Sequence record: LR597660
DNA length: 64,000 nt
Source: Escherichia phage T4_ev151
Direction: 5' to 3' (one strand)
Shown here: piece after piece, positions 58,520 through 64,000 of the stretch
Position numbering within the stretch: the stretch's first letter is position 1
Layout of the letters: the number at the start of each line of letters is the position of its first letter
The notes under the pieces: model-generated
The model's input: only the letters and a program-made list of their open reading frames with translations
The model's database searches: none
Told to the model about the DNA's origin: nothing
Position numbers and translations under genes: made by a program

Positions 58520-58981
58520 TCATTGAGTTTTAATTACTGCTTTAGAAGCCTTTCCTGGTAAACGACGACTGTTGATAATTGCCATCCTGCATTGAAGTGA
58601 CGGGTTTTTGAACTTCTCATTAGGCTTACAAACCGTAAATCCAAGCCAAAGATTTCCATCTGTGATTTCTAAACGTCCAGGACGATATTCAACCCCATCA
58701 ATAAAATCCTCGTCAATGTCAGGACGCGGAGGCATACTCAGGAATTCATTAACTTCTAAAACATGGTCTTTTATTTTATGGAATAATTCAAAAACATATG
58801 TCTCATCAATCTCCCGTTGAATTGCACGATCAAGAAGATGTTGAGAATATTTTAGATGAAACGATGAGACTCCTGCTGCTTTTGATGCCTCACGAATCTC
58901 ATTGTTAATTTGACGAAACTCCGACTCAAAATGACGACGAAGCTTATTTCGACGGATAAAAACTTCTGTATTGATAGTCAT
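58520..58981 (-). CDS. regB: RegB endoribonuclease
   Basis: 153 aa; position downstream of tk region as in T4. Confidence 0.6.
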   Translation of the reverse strand: MTINTEVFIRRNKLRRHFESEFRQINNEIREASKAAGVSSFHLKYSQHLLDRAIQREIDETYVFELFHKIKDHVLEVNEFLSMPPRPDIDEDFIDGVEYRPGRLEITDGNLWLGFTVCKPNEKFKNPSLQCRMAIINSRRLPGKASKAVIKTQ

Positions 58982-59008
58982 GTTGTTCTCCTCTTAACTG
59001 ATAGAAAA

Positions 59009-59038
59009 ATTATACCACAGTCAAGAGGAAAAGTAAAC
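59009..59038 (-). promoter_or_regulatory. early promoter (-35 GTTTAC / -10 TGTGGTATAAT)
   Basis: attata 59009-59014, gtaaac 59033-59038. Confidence 0.55.
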
Positions 59039-59040
59039 AG

Positions 59041-59316
59041 TTATTCTTTAAATCTAATCAATTTATTCATAGACTTTGAAACTTCTGCACGGACCTCATG
59101 TAGATTTTTGAGCTGTTCAAGACGCTGCGTATAGTAAGCAATTTCATCTTCTTCGAGACAGTCCTGCGAATCTTCTTTAAGATAACGTGCATAGTCCTGG
59201 AAAGCGTTACGGACTACTTCCTGGAAGTCATCAAGACTTTGAATTTTCTTAGGAGCAGTAGATACACGACGAGGGGCAGTATAATACTCATAACCAAACC
59301 CTGCGCTTAATTGAGC
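59041..59316 (-). CDS. small hypothetical protein (vs.3/vs.4 region)
   Basis: 91 aa from [13 protein letters not shown]. Confidence 0.4.
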   Translation of the reverse strand, partial: AQLSAGFGYEYYTAPRRVSTAPKKIQSLDDFQEVVRNAFQDYARYLKEDSQDCLEEDEIAYYTQRLEQLKNLHEVRAEVSKSMNKLIRFKE

Positions 59317-59318
59317 CA

Positions 59319-59585
59319 TTAGTATTTTTCCTCTGGTTGGAACACTGCGCGACAAGCCCACATACTGGCTTCTTTGAGTTTCGTTTTAGCAATAGTTAAC
59401 TGATCGAGGCTTTCAGCATAATTCTTCGCGAATTCACAGTCTTCGCAATTATCTAGTGCTTCCCAGAATTCATCGTATAAAGCATCAAAGATAAGTCCTA
59501 AACGAACTTCAGCGTCTTTGATAGCATTCACTTTACCGATTTTCTCTTCAGTATGCGGCTTATAACCTTTAATGTCTTCAATCAT
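59319..59585 (-). CDS. small hypothetical protein
   Basis: start MIEDIKGYK with GAGGAAG RBS. Confidence 0.4.
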   Translation of the reverse strand: MIEDIKGYKPHTEEKIGKVNAIKDAEVRLGLIFDALYDEFWEALDNCEDCEFAKNYAESLDQLTIAKTKLKEASMWACRAVFQPEEKY

Positions 59586-59799
59586 ATTTGACTTCCTCAC
59601 CAGTACATAAATCATATTCAACTAAACGAATAGGTTCATGAATGCCATATCCCTGAACAGAAATTTCTGTCGTAGGATAAATTCCACTAATATCACCCAT
59701 ATTCCACGCTTCATTAAATTGCTGTTCGCCTGAATTACTAAACCATTCTGCGAAAGCATTTAGCACATCTTTAGAACCTTCAATAATTATCTTTGCCAT
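59578..59799 (-). CDS. small hypothetical protein
   Basis: 73-aa ORF. Confidence 0.4.
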   Translation of the reverse strand: MAKIIIEGSKDVLNAFAEWFSNSGEQQFNEAWNMGDISGIYPTTEISVQGYGIHEPIRLVEYDLCTGEEVKYD

Positions 59800-60161
59800 T
59801 ACAGACTCTCAGTAAAGGTACGAGCGATAACGTCGCGCTGCTGTTCCGGAGTCAGAGAGTTAAAGCGAACTGCATAACCTGATACACGGATGGTCAGCTG
59901 CGGATATTTTTCCGGATGCTTAACTGCATCTTCCAGAGTTTCACGACGCAGAACGTTAACGTTCAGGTGCTGACCACCTTCAATTTTAACTGTAGGTTGT
60001 GGCTCAATTTCAATTTCACGGGCATGCAAACCATAGAAAATTTCTGGGTCTACAAAAGAGTCCTCTTTAAAGGTTTTAGAAACAATAATTCGTGCTTGAA
60101 TACCATCTTCAAAATAAATAGTACCTTTATGCGTGCCTTCAAGAATTTGATATGCTTTCAT
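59799..60161 (-). CDS. autonomous glycyl radical cofactor (GrcA/YfiD-like)
   Basis: 120 aa; C-terminal [59 protein letters not shown] is the pyruvate formate-lyase glycyl-radical module. Confidence 0.8.
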   Translation of the reverse strand: MKAYQILEGTHKGTIYFEDGIQARIIVSKTFKEDSFVDPEIFYGLHAREIEIEPQPTVKIEGGQHLNVNVLRRETLEDAVKHPEKYPQLTIRVSGYAVRFNSLTPEQQRDVIARTFTESL

Positions 60162-60168
60162 ATAAACC

Positions 60169-60498
60169 TCAATTAGAAAATAAATTTATCCAAGATTGTT
60201 CTTTAATTAAAAATGGCTCAGAATCATATGCCATTAAACTTTGCGTAATTAATCCTTTAAAAGGTCCATCAATAAATTCCATGGTAAAATATGGAATTTT
60301 ATTCATTAGCCGTGCATTAGGAGCAGTGCACAAAACTCTGCATCCTTTGAATACACCTTTTTGTAATTTGTATTGCTTGGGATAAAATTCGCTTAAAATG
60401 TTGTTATTTGCCAAAATTTCAAAATGATTCACCAATTTATTTTTAATAGTTTTTGGCGAAAAATAAAGATATTCGAAAAGCTGAGTGTCTGTCATCAT
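60169..60498 (-). CDS. hypothetical protein
   Basis: ORF trimmed at ATGA overlap. Confidence 0.35.
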   Translation of the reverse strand: MMTDTQLFEYLYFSPKTIKNKLVNHFEILANNNILSEFYPKQYKLQKGVFKGCRVLCTAPNARLMNKIPYFTMEFIDGPFKGLITQSLMAYDSEPFLIKEQSWINLFSN

Positions 60499-61031
60499 TG
60501 CATTCCGATTACGAAAAACTGTGGACGAGTAATACCACCAATACAACATTTAATATTACAGCAGTAGTGTACAGTGTCAATATGGACGCTATAAATCTTA
60601 TCCATATCAGGAGATTTGACAGGCTCATCAATTATATACAAAATTCGCGAAAGCGATAAACCTCTGAACTTGCTTCCTTTATTACCAATAAAACTGCGCA
60701 CAGAATCAGTAAATAAACGAAAACGTATATCATTAGAATAACGCGAAAATTCCTTTTTAATGTTATTTGCAGAAATTTTAGCGTAAGCTGAAGTATTAGA
60801 AAGAACAATAACTGTTCCGCCATCATACAACCAATTAGCGGCAAAATTAGTTACTGCGGTTGATTTACCGGATTGACGTCCACCATCTAGTCGAAGTGTG
60901 CAATACTGCTTAAGTAAGTCTTCAAATGGTGGGATATATTCGTTTTTACAAATTTCTTCTACTCTAGCATCAGAATGGTGTGTAAAAGCATTCATCAGGG
61001 ATAGATAAGGACCAGTTAAAAATGTTCTCAT
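60495..61031 (-). CDS. small P-loop NTPase
   Basis: Walker A GGRQSGKST, Walker B ILYIIDEP; start approximate. Confidence 0.45.
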   Translation of the reverse strand: MRTFLTGPYLSLMNAFTHHSDARVEEICKNEYIPPFEDLLKQYCTLRLDGGRQSGKSTAVTNFAANWLYDGGTVIVLSNTSAYAKISANNIKKEFSRYSNDIRFRLFTDSVRSFIGNKGSKFRGLSLSRILYIIDEPVKSPDMDKIYSVHIDTVHYCCNIKCCIGGITRPQFFVIGMQ

Positions 61032-61184
61032 TTTATTCTCTCTAAATTTGGGCCATTCCATGGCGCATGAATTGTCCATTTCTGTATTTACCCATTACCG
61101 CACTTGGGCTCGACCTTATTACAGGTTGGCGGGAATCCCTCATAGAATCATGAGGTCCAGCTTGTTCCCATATTTCTTATTTGC

Positions 61185-61658
61185 TTATTTGAATGATTTG
61201 ACGTACTGAATAGAGCCTTTGCTATTCACAAAGGCAATTTTACCATTTTTATTATACATGGTAGCAGTACGCTGATAACCATAAGTTTGTTTACCAGATT
61301 GATAACCAACTAATGCAAAATTATCTTCGCCCATTTTATTCTGTTTAGCGCGGATGCGTTCATGGCCATGTGCCATAAGAACCTTAGCATCACCAGTTGC
61401 AATGGATCGACGAGTTTTTTCATCTTCAACTGTATTAACAAAGTCGTCAAATGAATCAAATTTAGCATGAGATTTATTATACAGTTTTCCATCTACTGCA
61501 TAATTATATCCCTGTACATCCATCTCAACTTCTGTACCATCATCCAATACAGCAGTGATTTTTTGACCTTTTTTAAATTTCAAAAGATCAGTAAAAGATT
61601 CAGCAATAATTTGAGAATTAATAGCTGCTTCAGTAATAAATTCTTGATATGTTTTCAT
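61185..61658 (-). CDS. hypothetical protein
   Basis: 157-aa ORF. Confidence 0.45.
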   Translation of the reverse strand: MKTYQEFITEAAINSQIIAESFTDLLKFKKGQKITAVLDDGTEVEMDVQGYNYAVDGKLYNKSHAKFDSFDDFVNTVEDEKTRRSIATGDAKVLMAHGHERIRAKQNKMGEDNFALVGYQSGKQTYGYQRTATMYNKNGKIAFVNSKGSIQYVKSFK

Positions 61659-61667
61659 ATGTTTCCT

Positions 61668-62084
61668 TTAAATGTAAATATTTTTGCCGTAATACTTGTA
61701 CCAGTGTGGCTTCATTAAAATTTTTTCATCAAGTCGTTGTTGACTCAATTTAATAGCTGATTTGCATGGATTATAATCATTTTTCCATTCTGCTGGAATA
61801 TCGCTGATGTCAGGAACTTCAGTATCTTTTATACTGAACCCGCGTTTTAAGCATTCCGTTATAATGTCTGATTGACGCTTTCGCAAAAATTCTAACTTAT
61901 CGTAAAAGAAAGTAACATGACCAGAACCTAAAATAAACTCGGAAGATATTTTAAAATCTTTAACCCGCTTACCATTTGCAACATGTTTACGAACTATACC
62001 AAAAACACGCGGCAATTCACGGTATTCTGCGATTAAATGTTGATCAGCAAGTTCAGATACTAAAGTCAAATTAATACGAGTCAT
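61668..62084 (-). CDS. denV: endonuclease V (pyrimidine dimer DNA glycosylase)
   Basis: 138 aa; [17 protein letters not shown]...YKYYGK. Confidence 0.9.
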   Translation of the reverse strand: MTRINLTLVSELADQHLIAEYRELPRVFGIVRKHVANGKRVKDFKISSEFILGSGHVTFFYDKLEFLRKRQSDIITECLKRGFSIKDTEVPDISDIPAEWKNDYNPCKSAIKLSQQRLDEKILMKPHWYKYYGKNIYI

Positions 62085-62109
62085 TTTATCCCTCCAAGTA
62101 ACTGTGAAT

Positions 62110-62139
62110 ATACTATCACAATTCTAGGAGAAAGTAAAC
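62110..62139 (-). promoter_or_regulatory. early promoter for denV
   Basis: gtaaac 62134-62139, -10 TAGTAT. Confidence 0.45.
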
Positions 62140-62143
62140 AACT

Positions 62144-62674
<531 letters not shown>

Positions 62675-63130
62675 TTAAAAGAGGTTGTTCATTATTCGGT
62701 AAAGTGAAGGACCCATCACATATTGCCACTGAGTACGAGGAATAAGAGCAAAAGCATCCATCTCTGGAATCATAACGCCATCTTTATTTTCAAAATAAGA
62801 CTCACAATAGCAATTTCTGAACATCTCATGCTCTACTGGAATCGTATAATAAAATAACTGTAAGTCTTTATTACTAGAATATTTAAATACACCTAGGTCT
62901 TCTAGAAGGTCTGGATTATAATTGCTAAAACCAGTCTCTTCTAAGCATTCTCTTCGTGCTGCATCTAGTGCGCTTAAATCAGAATTTTCTACACGGCCCT
63001 TTGGAATATCCCAGCGATGTGCCATCATTCCAGGCTTACGAGAACCAGTAACACGACCCATAAATAAATCTTTATCTTCTGTCATAAAGATAATACCAGC
63101 TGATAGTGTTTTCATTTTAATTTCCTGCAA
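62675..63130 (-). CDS. nudE: Nudix hydrolase
   Basis: 151 aa; Nudix box GRVENSDLSALDAARRECLEETG. Confidence 0.85.
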   Translation of the reverse strand: MQEIKMKTLSAGIIFMTEDKDLFMGRVTGSRKPGMMAHRWDIPKGRVENSDLSALDAARRECLEETGFSNYNPDLLEDLGVFKYSSNKDLQLFYYTIPVEHEMFRNCYCESYFENKDGVMIPEMDAFALIPRTQWQYVMGPSLYRIMNNLF

Positions 63131-63474
63131 TCACTCACAAACTCTTTCATTGACTCATTTTCAATATAAGACATGTAGCTATTATATTCCTTTAATTGTA
63201 TTTTGTAATCCTTTTTTCTTTGCCAATTTATTTTAAAATTATCATAATGAAAATATAAAATGATACCAAAGAATGAAAACAATGAAATAATTTTAGTATA
63301 ACAAAGCTCACTCCAAACTTCTGTTATATTTACTGTGCCGTCGATGTTTAAAATAAGACAGTCAATTAACAATCCAAAAAGACTACCCGCAAGAGCTGCA
63401 GCCAACGCCACAGCAAAAATTAAAAATGACTCAGGAAACGAATATTTGACTTTATTTAGTTTTGGCTTTTGCAT
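63112..63474 (-). CDS. small membrane protein (tandem family, C-terminal EFVSDCRK)
   Basis: 120 aa, 2 TM helices. Confidence 0.45.
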   Translation of the reverse strand: MQKPKLNKVKYSFPESFLIFAVALAAALAGSLFGLLIDCLILNIDGTVNITEVWSELCYTKIISLFSFFGIILYFHYDNFKINWQRKKDYKIQLKEYNSYMSYIENESMKEFVSDCRKLK

Positions 63475-63848
63475 CGTGATTCCTTAACAAATTTCATAAT
63501 TTCATTAAATTCATACGCAGCAAGTTTAAGCTGATGTTCCTTTTTAATCTTTTTACACTGAGCTTTCCATTCGCGTACGCGTTTACGATAGTGTCTTCCT
63601 TGATACCAGTATCCTACCCAATTTACAGGTACTAATAAAAATGGAACTACTAATGGAAGAATTAATACTAACAGAAATACTGCGTCTGATTCAATATCAG
63701 TAGTAACATCTATAACTATTCCAATAATCATTAGGATTATAAATGATACAGCTGTCACAGGACCTACTAATACATCAGTAGGAATTAGCTGGCGCTTTAA
63801 TTCATACTTCAACGGTTTACTTGGAAGGTATAGTGATGGTTTTGACAT
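63456..63848 (-). CDS. small membrane protein (tandem family, C-terminal KFVKESRC)
   Basis: track ORF uses non-ATG start; ATG at 63848 (MSKPSLYL) preferred. Confidence 0.45.
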   Translation of the reverse strand: MSKPSLYLPSKPLKYELKRQLIPTDVLVGPVTAVSFIILMIIGIVIDVTTDIESDAVFLLVLILPLVVPFLLVPVNWVGYWYQGRHYRKRVREWKAQCKKIKKEHQLKLAAYEFNEIMKFVKESRCKSQN

Positions 63849-64000
63849 ATTCTCTACATTCCTTAACAAATTTTTCTAGTAATAAATCGCTTTCAAAATT
63901 GGGATTTTCTACGAATTTATCAAAAAGATCATCAACAATAGTTAAGATATTCTTTTTACTAAGAATACGTTTATTTTCATGCTTCGTTTCAGAATCAACT
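63818..64000 (-). CDS. partial ORF, C-terminal end (5' end beyond window); same family (ends KFVKECREYVKTITIPSK)
   Basis: open frame from window edge to stop at 63818-63820. Confidence 0.35.

Overview
This window is a contiguous stretch of a T4-like (T-even) myovirus genome, collinear with the T4 early/middle region from rIIA to lysozyme e and nudE. Gene calls rest on my recognition of T4 protein sequences and motifs plus synteny; no database search was run. Almost all genes are on the minus strand and tightly packed (many ATGA stop/start overlaps). Recognised core genes in order: rIIA (partial), topoisomerase 39 fused with the gene-60 segment, dexA, dda, modB/modA, soc, 56, 61, sp, dmd, 41, 40, uvsX, a DxD glycosyltransferase at the beta-gt locus, 42, imm, 43, regA, 62, 44, 45, rpbA, 46, 47, agt, 55, nrdH, nrdG, nrdD, 49, nrdC, rI, tk, regB, a GrcA-like glycyl-radical cofactor, denV, e, nudE. 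Between these lie hyperplastic accessory blocks of small or unassigned ORFs, several forming tandem paralog families. At least 17 minus-strand sigma70-type early promoters (GTTTAC, 18-bp spacer, extended -10) are visible, several sharing a transcribed stem-loop leader, plus late TATAAATA promoters at soc and e and about 11 UUCG-tetraloop hairpin terminators. The most interesting candidates for undescribed biology are: a membrane protein / Pol-beta nucleotidyltransferase / AAA+ ATPase module (50213-52767); four tandem paralogs with coiled-coil C-termini (44091-48067); and a macro-domain protein near tk in a phage that also encodes ModA/ModB ADP-ribosyltransferases. No tRNA, rRNA, CRISPR array or intron was found.
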